A stretch of DNA of 64,000 bases, from assembly GCA_012295275.1 (NCBI GenBank), contig CM022678.1, positions 12,586,001 to 12,650,000 of the forward strand, in the 5' to 3' direction. Position numbers and translations under genes: made by a program. Positions within the stretch are counted from its first letter, which is position 1; every line of letters starts with the position of its first letter. Of the stretch, positions 28,556 to 40,802 are shown piece by piece. The stretch is from Chrysomallon squamiferum (taxonomy: Eukaryota > Animalia > Mollusca). Under the pieces are notes generated by a model. That model worked only from the letters and a program-made list of their open reading frames with translations, had not been told where the DNA came from and searched no databases.

Positions 28556-30378
28556 GTTACATATTAAAGAGGAGACTGTTGTCTCTGTCACAAACACAAT
28601 GTCACTAGTGGATGTCAGAGGATGTCACAAGAACTCATACAATGCATTATTCCATTGCAATGTGTTTTTCTTGAATACAGGAAATATAGCATCTAATAAA
28701 GAAAACAAAAGTAATTTTACAATTTATAAAGCATGTTTATTATGTTAATTTTTGATGACATTACAATACACTCTGTATTGATAATAATAATAATAATAAT
28801 AGTAATTACCATTATAATAAAAGACTACAAAATTCTAAAAGAAATTACTGATAAGTAAACTCTAAATTAATTCAATTAAAAAAACATTCAGATTTAGACT
28901 CATTTAACAATGTTATATTGGTCACACACACACACACACACACACTTTAATAACAGTTATTATATTTTTCTTTTAGTATTCAAAATAATAAAACTAGTTT
29001 TATTACGTTTAATTACTATTTGAAAACATTAGCAATTTAATGGACCTTTACAGTCAAGGTTTACTTTACAATCAAGGTTTACTTTTATCTCACTTTTGTT
29101 ACACATCCAACTGTCACAGACCATATAACAAAAAAGTCATGTCGAATGAACTGGCAATCAGATGTCCTCTATCTCGTGTACAATAATGGATTCACCTTCC
29201 CAGCTGTTGCACAATCAGCTTAGGAATTAATTAAGCAATTGATCCCTATTACGATTTACCAGAAGTCAAAACAAAAAACAGCAAAGTTTAAATAAAGCAA
29301 TTTAAAGTGGTTTAATTACTGGTGATACTGGAAACTTAGTTAATTTCCCACGTCGCTAATCATAACAAAAACAGCAGCTTAATACAACCGCACTATCACG
29401 TGACTTGCACAGCCAATCAGAACAAGTATTTTGTTAATCTGATTTCATGTTTCTGAAAGTGAAAAGAAATGCCACTTGTGACAATCTTAGAGAAAACCTG
29501 TTGTGGCACTTTATCATAACACATCTTGTAGAAAGCCAGTCAGCAACTACGAAAAGTCAAAGTATAGATATACAAAGCATATAAAATATGTAACCCATAT
29601 ATATATATATTAGAACTATACATTTTATATATATATTAGAACATACAATACGAAATTTGTAAGTACATGAAGTACATATACAGTTATTAACTACACAAAA
29701 TTAGGAATTTTACTTTTGTATACTAGACGATAATTTCCTAAGGTCTTTTCCTTCTTTCTATTATTATTATTTCTGTTTCTTATTCTTTATTATCATTATA
29801 TTTAGTAACAAAATAAAATGAAAAACACTAGTGACTATTACACTAATATTATTGGAGTTGATTTAATTAGTCCTTCAGCTGTAACAGCTAGGTAATATAA
29901 CAAATGAGAGACAGACACGATTTGTCCATTTTCGTCCATTAATTAAAGAAATAGTTGATTATAAAACAGTAAGTTGAAGACTGATCTAAAGTTAGTTGAT
30001 GATAAAATGTTTTTACTATCTTTATTTTGTGCATGTAAATTAAATAAGAAAAACCAAAAATCAATGTAATTAAAAATCCATTCAGTATATTCTAATGATT
30101 AAATAAAGAGAAGTAAAAATAAAATAGAAAATCATCCAGGCAAAAAAAAAAATATATATTTATACAAAACAATCATTCAGTGTAAGACTAATACATTCTT
30201 CAAAATAATTTTTAATAAAAACAATAACTAATAACAAAAAAAACAGAAAATGAAAAAAAAACAATCTTGTTTGATACAAGTTATTTACAAATATATATAA
30301 AATTATAAACATGCTACATAGTAACCTTTAGTACCACAGAACAGTTAAAAAAAATAATTGAATATATATACATGTGAG

Positions 30379-30425
<47 letters not shown>

Positions 30426-33400
30426 GTTTCTTTTTTTAACTGTTCTGTGGTACTAAATGCTTTACTATGTTTTATATATATATATATATATATTTTAAAA
30501 ATTACATTTTACTTTAAAATACAGTTTATTCATTAAAAACATGAAAAAACACACATTTCAAAAAACAAAAATGTATATCAACTCCAAATGAAAATACCAA
30601 TTTACTTAGAACAAACATAGGAACATTTTCATTTGGTATTACATAAAGTAGAAAACAAAAAAACAACTTTTACATAACATTATTATACTACTTTACTTAA
30701 TATGAACATAGTAAATTTTTAATAATGCAGTCCTTATATGAATACCATATATTTGATAAAAATATTTGTACAGAAATAGCACAATACCCAGCACAATAAC
30801 AATATCTGAATAGAAACATTTTATAGTATCTAGATACACACCAGATACACAGCAATGTAGTTATACTGGATTTAATTCTTACATTGGATTTAATTCTTCA
30901 TCACAATGAATTAGTTCACAAATTTTACTTTGAAAATGTGGTCTGGCTCATGTATCAGTGAATTATGCTTTTGAATTGAAAAATTAAAACTGTTCACAGT
31001 ATTTAACACAATTAAATACATGTCACAACATTATATCAAAAATAAGCGCAACTGAAGCAGTTCAAATTATATCGGAAATCAATGCTATTTCAGCATGAAT
31101 TAGAAAATAATAAACAAAATTTAGATTTCTTCACAACAATTATTCTGTTTATTATGGACACAAGTTTATGCAAAAATGCTATTTCTGCACAACTTTGAAA
31201 TTATTCGCACTAGTTGATCTTCCATTTAAAGTGACAGTCTGTGTATATAATGTACTAAATTGGAAAGTCGAGAGTTTCATATAAAAAATTATTTATATAT
31301 ATACTATCTTTAGCACTGTGCTCCAATAAATACAAAACAATTTCCTTTGTGTTACATTAAAATCTGCAACTCTTAGCTTTGTCAAGAGGGGTTTCACCTA
31401 GACCATTTTTAATATTTACATCAAAACCTTTTTCAATCAGTGCTGCCACAATTTCTACATTTCCATGTTCAGCTGCTAGATGTAAAACAGAATTATTATC
31501 ATTGTCTGTTAAATTAGGATCAGCTCCTTGTTCCAGTAAATACCAAAATATTTTGTAATGGTGACACTTAACAGCTGTAAAAAGAGGAGTTTCACCTTGC
31601 CTGTTCTTAATGTTTACATCAACACCTTTTTCAATCAATGCTGTCACAATTTCTACATTTCCCTGTTTAGCTGCTAGATGTAAAACAGAATTGTCATCAT
31701 TGTCTGTTAAATAAGGATCAGCTCCATGTTCCAGTAAATAAAAAACTGTTTTGTTATTACCAGAGTACAAAGCTGGATGTTTGTGAAAATGGTATTTGTA
31801 GCAATTCTGAGCTATCAGGAGAGGAGTCTCACCTAGACCATTTTTAATGTTTACATCAACACCTTGTTCAATCAGTGCTGCCACAATTTCTACATTTCCT
31901 TCTTCAGCTGCTAGGTGTAAAACAGAATTATTATCATTGTCAGTTAAATTGGGATCAGCTCCTTGTTCCAGTAAATACCAAAATATTTTGTAATGGTGAC
32001 ACTTAACAGCTGTAAAAAGAGGAGTTTCACCTTGCCTGTTCTTAATGTTTACATCAAAACCTTTTTCAATCAATGCTGTCACAATTTCTACATTTCCCTG
32101 TTTAGCTGCTAGACGTAAAACAGAATTGTCATCATTGTCTGTTAAATTAGGATCAGCTCCATGTTCCAGTAAATAAAAAACTGTTTTGTTATTACCAGAG
32201 TACAAAGCTGGATGTTTGTGAAAATGGTATTTGTAGCAATTCTGAGCTATCAGGAGAGGAGTCTCACCTAGACCATTTTTAATGTTTACATCAACACCTT
32301 GTTCAATCAGTGCTGCCACAATTTCTACATTTCCTTCTTCAGCTGCTAGGTGTAAAACAGAATTATTATCATTGTCAGTTAAATTGGGATCAGCTCCTTG
32401 TTCCAGTAAATACCAAAATATTTTGTAATGGTGACACTTAACAGCTGTAAAAAGAGGAGTTTCACCTTGCCTGTTCTTAATGTTTACATCAAAACCTTTT
32501 TCAATCAATGCTGTCACAATTTCTACATTTCCCTGTTTAGCTGCTAGGCGTAAAACAGAATTGTCATCATTGTCTGTTAAATTAGGATCAGCTCCATGTT
32601 CCAGTAAATAAAAAACTGTTTTGTTATTACCAGAGTACAAAGCTGGATGTTTGTGAAAATGGTATTTGTAGCAATTCTGAGCTATCAGGAGAGGAGTCTC
32701 ACCTAGACCATTTTTAATGTTTACATCAACACCTTGTTCAATCAGTGATGTCACAATTTCTACATTTCCTTCTTCAGCTGCTAGGTGTAAAACAGAATTA
32801 TTATCATTGTCAGTTAAATTGGGATCAGCTCCTTGTTCCAGTAAATACCAAAATATTTTGTAATGGTGACACTTAACAGCTGTAAAAAGAGGAGTTTCAC
32901 CTTGCCTGTTCTTAACGTTTACATGGACACCTTTAGAAATCAGTGCTCTCACAATTTCTACATTTCCCTGTTTAGCTGCTAGATGTAAAACAGAATTGTT
33001 ATAATGGTCTGTTAAATTAGGATAGGCTCCTTGTTTTAGTAAATATAAAGCTATTTCTGATCTGTTATACTGCAAAGATACACGAAGAGGAGTTTTCCCT
33101 TCAATGTTAATTGCATTTACTTCACACCCCTTTTTTGTTACTTCTTCCACCACACTTATGTCAATTTTAGATGCTATGTGCAATGCTGAATTTTGTTGTT
33201 TATCCATTATAGTGGTATCAGCACCATTTTCCAGTAACAACAAAGCTACTTCTTTTCTGTGTGTCACTGCTTTTAAAGCTTGATGAAGTGGAGTTTCTCT
33301 CTCACTGTTCACTGCATTAACATCAGCATTTCTCTCTATCAGTGATTTTAATATATCCAAGTCACCACGCAGAACTGATATGTGGAGAGATGTGTCTGAA

Positions 33401-36400
33401 GGCAACAATTTCAAACTAATTTTGTCATCAGACAACTGTTTGAATCGAATTTCATCTTTGAACCACTGAATCAATTTCTGATTAACAGCTACATTCACAT
33501 TAGGATCAGCTCCTTTATCAAGAAGACACTGAACAACATCAGCACTGTTAAACATCACTGCCACTTTCAGTACCTGGCTTTTTTTCCAGTTGTTCTCATC
33601 TTTATCATTACACCTCTGATCAATGAGAAAATTCACTGTATCAGCAACTCCCCATATTGCTGCTGCTAAAAGTACTTTATCTCTGTTCTCATCATTTAAA
33701 CAATCAGGTTTCAGTTTTACTATTTCTGTTATAAAACTTGAAGTACTCTGACAAGCAGCAATGATAGCAATGTCTTTAATTTTGTTTATTACATCAATGG
33801 TAACCAGTTTCTTAAAAAGATGGCTTACATCAACAACTTCAGAAGTCTCCAGATACATGTCACCTGTCCTGTAATATGATTTAAGTATTGCTTGTCTGTT
33901 TAACATAACCGTAATGGGCATTTCCTTGGAATTTATTTTAAGTCTTACATGTCCATGGAACCTGACCAATAATAGCGTAACAGCTTTTTCCTTGATTTTA
34001 CTGTTGTGTTTCTCATTTTGTATCTTGTCAGCTAACAGACATGCAATCTTCATGTTACCTGAACAAATAGAAGCAAGTAAGAGATGTGAATATTCATTCA
34101 AGTTCATCACTTTTTCAATTTCATCTCTGTGTAACAGTTCTTCGAGTATGGTATCACTGTCTGTTTTTGAACAAGCAGCTGCACTCAATGTATCAAATGT
34201 TGGAATAACACCTGATTTCAGCAACATTCTCACAACATCTTCATCACCAAACAAACAAGACATATCCAAAAGTTCTTTTAGATTTGTTAATTTCATTTTA
34301 AGCATATTTTCTGTGAAAAATCTTGACAATGTTCTTATTCCATTCACAATACATTCACTTTGAAAAGATGATGAAATTGTAAATCTTTCTTCAATTTCCA
34401 AATACCAAATGAAACTAGGATTCTCTGAATCACTGTCAAGAAGATGTGAAATATTGCTAAATATTTTATTAACAGTGTCTACATTTACAGATGATATATA
34501 AAAATATTCAGTTTGATGTTTATGTAGGTTTTGATGCAGTATTTCAGACAATTTATCATAAAAATATTTTTGCTCTACGAGATACTTCACAAACTGTTCA
34601 TCTTTCAGTGATGGATGTGAAACAATTTCTTTGGCCTCACTTGATGTCATCAAGTCAGTAAATCTGCGAGCAAGAACATCAAAGCAGTCAGGTCTAACAG
34701 TCATTGTAATGTGACTTGTGTTAGACACTCCAGGCGTCACAACATATTCTAACAACATGGAGACAGGACACACTTCCAGGAACTCTGCTGCTTTCTTTGG
34801 AACCTCTGATGAAAACATCAGAAACAAAGAGTCAAACACTGACTGGTGAATAAATGTGTATTTGTTGTCACAACACTTCAAATAGGTACCACACATTACA
34901 TCAGCTGTTTTCTTTATATCTCTGAGATCAATGTCTTTTACACTCTGACAGACTCGCTCTAGCAGTCTTATTAATTTCATTATGTCACTGTCAGTGTCAT
35001 TTTCAAATGGATCCAATGAATCGATGCTGAGACTGCCTTGCTGAAACATGATCAGCAGCAGAACCAGGTAATTGATCTGTAAAGTTTCATTTTTCAAATT
35101 TTCCAGCTCTTGTCGGAGATATTCTACAGGTTTCTCAAAAAACTTAACTCCTCTTTTTTGTGCATCACTTGAATGAACATAATACACACACATCTGAGGA
35201 AATCCTAATGCTGTACATGAACAGCAAATGACAGTCTCTTTATCAATTTCATTCAGTGAAACATTCTTTTGTAGGAGATAGTTGTTTAGAATTGTTTTCT
35301 TTTCATCGTAATTCAGACAACATTCATCACTCTGCAGGTCAAGGAGATGATTCTCATTAAACAGATCAAATTCCTTCAGATTGCCTATAACTTCTGTAAA
35401 TATTTGTTTTCTTAAAGAAATAATACACATCATATGCCGATTCTGAACAAGACTCCACATCTTTGGAAACAGCCATTTCCAAGATGACACAAAATCTAAT
35501 ACAAGATTTGTCTTACCAAATATATCATCAATGAGAACAATACATGTTTTATATGGAGATAGAGGGATGTCATTGAAATCAGAGTGATGATGAACGGTGT
35601 AGAATTCTTTTTTTTCTTCTTTCTCCATCTGTTTAATCATGTTCAAAGCTAGAGTTGTCTTTCCTGAACCTGGACTTCCTACTACAATAACGACACCATT
35701 CTTTTTCAAAAGTGCTACACCTCTTTCTTCTGCTCTTGTTTTAACATAGACTCTCCAGTCAACTGAGTTTAACAATGCCCTGGCAGACTCTGTATCACAA
35801 CCAAAAAAATTAACACCTATTATTAACATATTTTAAATATATTTTACCATTTAAATATATATAATATAGTTTTTAACTAGTCATCAGATGTGAATTGTTT
35901 AAAATAAAAGAGCATAATTTTTGTCATAATTTTCTTTCATCAGAATTTAATGACGATGCTAAGATGTCACAATTTTAGATGGTGTAAAAGTAGCATGATG
36001 ATTATCTTCTTATAAATTAACATCTTTCAGAAGTGAAAAAAAAATTAAAAAAATAAAATAATACCTTTGATACTGGATTCTTGTCCATCAATCTTTGCTG
36101 AAATAATATAAAATTAAAGTTTATAATTTAGATTTCAGTAAAAAAGAGAATGATTAAAGTGATCTTATAGTTACTCTGTACTTTATTCATGGAACAGTCA
36201 ATATATAACATTATTATTATTATATCTTTATCTATTTTACTGCAATTATTAAAACTACTATTGTTACTTAGTTTTTGTTCATGTTGTTATTATTATTATG
36301 TTCTTTGTATTATAGTCTTTGTACTGTATTTCAGTAGTTGCAAGTGATAATAACAACAGATACATTGGCTTGTTTAATTTATTCGGAATTATCTTAATAA

Positions 36401-36900
36401 AATCTAGATAAGAATCATGATTCTTATAATTTGTGTGTGTGTGTGTTTGGGTGGGACGTCATAAGCGCATAAGACAAATGTGTGCCAACAAAACCATGCT
36501 AGATTATTGTTATTATTGTTATTATTATTTTAATTATTATTTAAGAAACAGTATGCAAATCATAAACTTCAAACAGTTACAAATTATAAGCACTGCTAGG
36601 TAGTCCATGACTTCAATTTCTTCAAACTGTCCAGCATGTGTTAGAAGGGCTGCTTTGGCTCTCACAAACTTGGAAATTTTTTAAATTACTGATTGGCCAG
36701 CATTAACATGTGTTATGACATTTTCCATATGGGACTGGTCTAACGTGACTGCTTTGGGTTAAATTGTTTAACAACTTACAAACATTATTTCTCAGATCCA
36801 TATATAAAGCATCCACTGCACAGTATGAATCAAATCTGTCATTTGTTAAATTCTTTATATTAAATCTCTGCATTGTCTATATTTGTTTGTATGAATGTCT
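28540..36900. repeat. Tandem segmental duplication, copy A (partner ~56700-63500)
   Basis: Colinear blocks: 28540-29640/56700-57630, 31100-31290/58705-58890, the CDSs, and intron 35790-36900/62380-63500. Confidence 0.93.
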
Positions 36901-38353
36901 AAAAACAAAGGTGAGAATAAATGTAATTGCAGAGAATAGCAGATCACATCTGGCTAGTGGGCTTTGTATTCTGGGCAACATTAATGGGTATCAAGAATTT
37001 TAGTTAGTGTGTAATTTAATGAAAAATAAGTAGTTTTGTCATGGTAGAAGTTAGCTATGTAGTTACTAAGAAGTGTGAAATGTTATATGTTATATTACTA
37101 TTAGTAACATTGATAATTCTACTAAGTATTTCTTCTACAGGCTGTTTTTAATCTGTCATTCCCGTTTAGCATTTGGACACATATTTTCACATTTATGACC
37201 CTCCTGCAATCAGCACAAGAACACGTTGTTTAATTCTCTAATATAAAATTCCTGAATGTTTCAATAAGTTATTGGTTGGGTATTCTATTGCAGGCTACTT
37301 ATTAATATTTAGAGGATTTTTAACAAACTTTTTCTTGTGATGACATTGTGAGATCAATACAGTGGTACCTTGATGTACGAGTTTAATTTGTTCCATGACC
37401 GAGCTCGTAATTCAATTTTGCTCAAATGTCAAATCTATTTTCCCAACTGAAATTAACTGAAATACCATTAGTCCATTCCAGCCCTTAAAAAAACCACCCC
37501 TATTTTTTTTTGGTAATGTGTTTTTAAATAAGAAAAAAAAAAATTGTATTTATAAATAACAAATAATATGAAATAAAATGTAAAGAAATAAATTGGTTTT
37601 GTAAAGTATATTTATCTTGGCGATCAGACAAATTATTTTAACGCCTTTGTCTGGAGTTACAGCCTTTATTGACTCCTTCTCATACTTCCTAGACAGGACA
37701 ATTACATGCACACCTTGCTCATGTCTTTCTATGAATTCAAGCATTAATTCAATGGACGTCAACTGCTGCTTCTTCTCAGCACCGTCTGAAGCTCGCTCTT
37801 AACTTGGATTTTGGCTCTTAACTCAAAGCAAAAAATCAACCAGGCAACTGTTCTTAACTCGAAAATCTCATAAGCTGGAATACTCATAAGTTGATGTATT
37901 GCTGTATTAAAAACTGCTACAACTTAGTCAATATAACATGGATATATCTTGGAAAGGATATTGCACGTGAATATGGACTTGTCTCCTTAGCCAGATTGGG
38001 TCACATGTGTGCAGCCTGTCAGTGTATGACAGGAAAATACTAATGAATGCTTTTATGTGTATTCTGTTATCTTATAAACAAGTAGAGAAAAAGAAAATGT
38101 TTTTAACTTACTGATTTCACAGTTATCTCCTATCTGAAAATTATTACAATCAGTAATATTTGTATTACTGATTGAACCTAGTTGTAGTATAACAGGACCT
38201 GTGAAACACAATTTTTTAAATTTACCTCTCATAAGCAGAAGAATATTAAAAAGTTTGTGTCTGCAGTATTAATACAATCTGTTATTTGTTAAAAGTATTA
38301 TATATGACAATATATATTTAAAATGTGTTTAACTGATTATGTGTGTATATATG

Positions 38354-38442
<89 letters not shown>

Positions 38443-39671
38443 CTTTACAGTATTAAAATGTATAACAGTAAATACAAGAATAATTATATGATGAAGTATC
38501 CAAACAGTAACTAGTGTGTATTTTGCTTTACTGTTTTCATCTGTGAAACAAAAAGGCTATAAAGACTTTAAACTGTTAATTCATTATCAATATAAATTTA
38601 AACAGTGTCAATTCACTAATGCCTAAGTTGGAACTAAACAATATATTGAAACAGTGTATTGTTCCAAATGTAAATGGTATAATTGTCAGTTTAGAATTTA
38701 CCATTAATAAAGTAAACAGCATATTGATATAGTCTACTAGTACAAATATAAAAATAATGTTGACTCTTTATAATTTCCTATCAAAAAAGTAAACAGTATA
38801 TTGAAATACTGTGTGTATTACCACGACTGCTCAACTCAGGTAGTTGTAAATGATGTTGTACTGTATGTGCGATGTCAAAGGAAGACTGAGATGTGATGCC
38901 AGATGGACAAACACTTGTCTTATTGTCTAAGAGAGAAACAGCTGTGATGGTGTCTGTGGATGAAACAGCTGTGGTGTTAGAAGAAATTTCTGAACTCTCG
39001 TTTTTGTTATGCATCCTGGCTGAGCTGTAAAAAATAATAGAGTAATTTTTTATATAGAAGGAAGAAACAAAATGTTTTATTTACTTATTTTATTTACTGT
39101 TATATGGGATCATACATAAGATTTAGAAATAGTTAGATAACAAAAGAAACCCACTGCTGTCACTTCACAGTCTACTCTTTCTTATTCAGTGATGTTTCAT
39201 TTACACCTACCCACAGACAGTACATACTATTTCATAAACACTGCTAAAACTAAAACAGCTCAAGATTCCATCAGGAGGCATTGATCCAAATATCTACTAC
39301 ACCTTGCACACATTACTAGAGACCTATATCTAGTAACTTGTATTAATACTAGCACTGCCTTATAGACTGTATTATCAACTTTTGTTCAATAAATATATGC
39401 CTTGAACATTTTTTCAAAAAAGTAATCAAATAAAAAAGATTTAACAGATGTCCTAATTTTTAAATTGAGGTGTTAGATAATGTTATTTAGAAATACTCAT
39501 GAAAGTATGTGTCACACTACTGTTAATGGAAAATCTTAGTTGTAATAATTACCTCGTTTTGGATCTGTTCTTTTTCATCTTTTTAGGGGGTGGTGATGGG
39601 TTGACTGGGGCAGATTCTGATTCTGGGTTGCTGAGTTTCTCAGCTATTCTGCTGCTTTGCTGAATAGACAT
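31357..39671 (-). CDS. NLR-like STAND NTPase (nSTAND3-type) with ankyrin repeats, N-terminal NLS and RHIM-like motif; ~1624 aa; copy A
   Basis: Exons 39553-39671 (ATG), 38822-39024, optional 38532-38540, 38112-38198, 36065-36097 and 31357-35789 are all GT-AG and in frame (4875 nt without the 9-nt exon). Motifs: Walker A GSPGSGKT, Walker B IVLIDDIFGK, sensor IISLRKQIF, GFP motif, then ~20 ankyrin repeats. The ORF-track start at 35829 lies in an intron. Confidence 0.88.
31388..32998 (-). repeat. 435-bp (145-aa, four-ankyrin) coding tandem repeat, ~3.6 near-identical copies
   Basis: Anchor ctgttcttaa(t/c)gtttacat has its cttaa at 31606, 32041, 32476 and 32911, an exact period of 435. Confidence 0.95.
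37360..37904 (-). mobile_element. Non-autonomous pogo/Tigger element in a copy A intron
   Basis: TA-flanked, with imperfect TIRs CAGTGGTACCTTGATGTACGAG and CTCATAAGTTGATGTATTGCTG. Minus-strand remnant ASDGAEKKQQLTSIELMLEFIERHEQGVHV resembles the Tigger N-terminal HTH. Confidence 0.8.
38112..38198 (-). CDS. 87-nt phase 1-1 exon encoding a RHIM-like motif
   Basis: tgtgtttcacag|GT CCT GTT ATA CTA CAA CTA GGT...TTT CAG ATA GGA GAT AAC TGT GAA ATC A|gtaagt translates PVILQLGSISNTNITDCNNFQIGDNCEI with no stops, in frame with the neighbouring exons. Confidence 0.75.
39057..39330 (-). mobile_element. Degenerate SINE
   Basis: gaaggaag..aaatgttttattt..tttatttactgttatatgg..gaaacccactgctgtcac..ctactcttt..cccacagacag..ttgatcc resembles the reverse strand of an abundant gastropod tRNA-derived SINE (from recollection; needs a repeat-library check). 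Confidence 0.6.
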
Positions 39672-40802
39672 CGTCAACCTGAAACACACACAAACGTACT
39701 AGTGATATTCCAACTGAATCTAAACATTAATATACATGGCAAAAATCAACAGGACAGTTGTCAGAAATCACTGTAAATGACTAAAAAAATAATAATGAAA
39801 ACATTAGGTAACTAAAGTAAAATGAAATTTTATTTAATATTAACTGTTTTTAGTATCAGAGACAAAAATGAATTTTGCTTATTCAAGTCAGTATACGATA
39901 TTTTATGTAAAGGTTGAATACTGCTAAAGAAATGATTATAAGTAACAAATATAACAAGAATGGAAAGTTATTTTTAATAAAACCTGCACCCAGCTTTTGA
40001 CTAGCTTTGACAATTCATTCATATAATTTTTGATCATCAAAGTGTACAAGTCATCATCTTAGCAAAAGTCCTGTTTTTTGTATGTTATTTCCAATAAAAT
40101 ATCAATGTCTAAGCCATCAAAACATGCAAGTTATCATCTGACACTTGGTCCCAAGTAATACAAACCAGTTAACTTCTGGCTTTAAGTCATCAGTAGGTAA
40201 ATCCTCTGCAGCTACTGTTATGTACATACACATGACTATCTCCTGCGGTTACAAAGATATATACAAATCGGTACAACAGGTATTTGGTTGTTTTTTAGCC
40301 CATTTTGGCTAATTAGCAGAAAGGGCTACTTTGGCCAACTGTAGATTGAAAAATAATTGACACAAAAGGCTGAAAATCAACAAGATTGCTAAATAAGCTT
40401 AATTTTTTCAGACCTGTATGTTTGTATGTTTGTTCACAATAACATGCTGAACATGCCAAAATCTTCAAAATGACACAGCAGAATTATTAAAAGTGCAAAC
40501 ACACTGTGGTTTCAGTTTGTGTCTTATTTAACAAATTCAACCTGTCTTGTGAAGAATTTATCAAGATTTTTCAAATGAATACCTGAATCTAACATTTTTA
40601 CTACAAAGCAGTTTAGTTTTTTTCTGCCAAGCCCCTAAAAAAAATTACCTTTTCAATTTATATACAACAGCACAACTTTATTTACATAAGAAGCTTGAAT
40701 TTTCAATCTATTAAATAATTAAATAACAAGTTAAGATGGCTGTGATGTGTATACATTATATATATATATATAGATTTATGGATATATAGATATAAATGTT
40801 AC

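Noticed and set aside
29390-29435. CACGTG plus CCAAT motif pair, also at ~57385
   Set aside because: It lies 3' of the genes and is shared only because of the duplication; no promoter evidence.
33914-34363. Plus-strand 149-aa ORF, and similar ORFs at 59234-60952
   Set aside because: Antisense shadows of the NTPase-ankyrin CDS.
35790-35829. ORF-track start MLIIGVNFFGCDT
   Set aside because: This is the intronic pyrimidine tract and acceptor; copy B has no ATG at this position.
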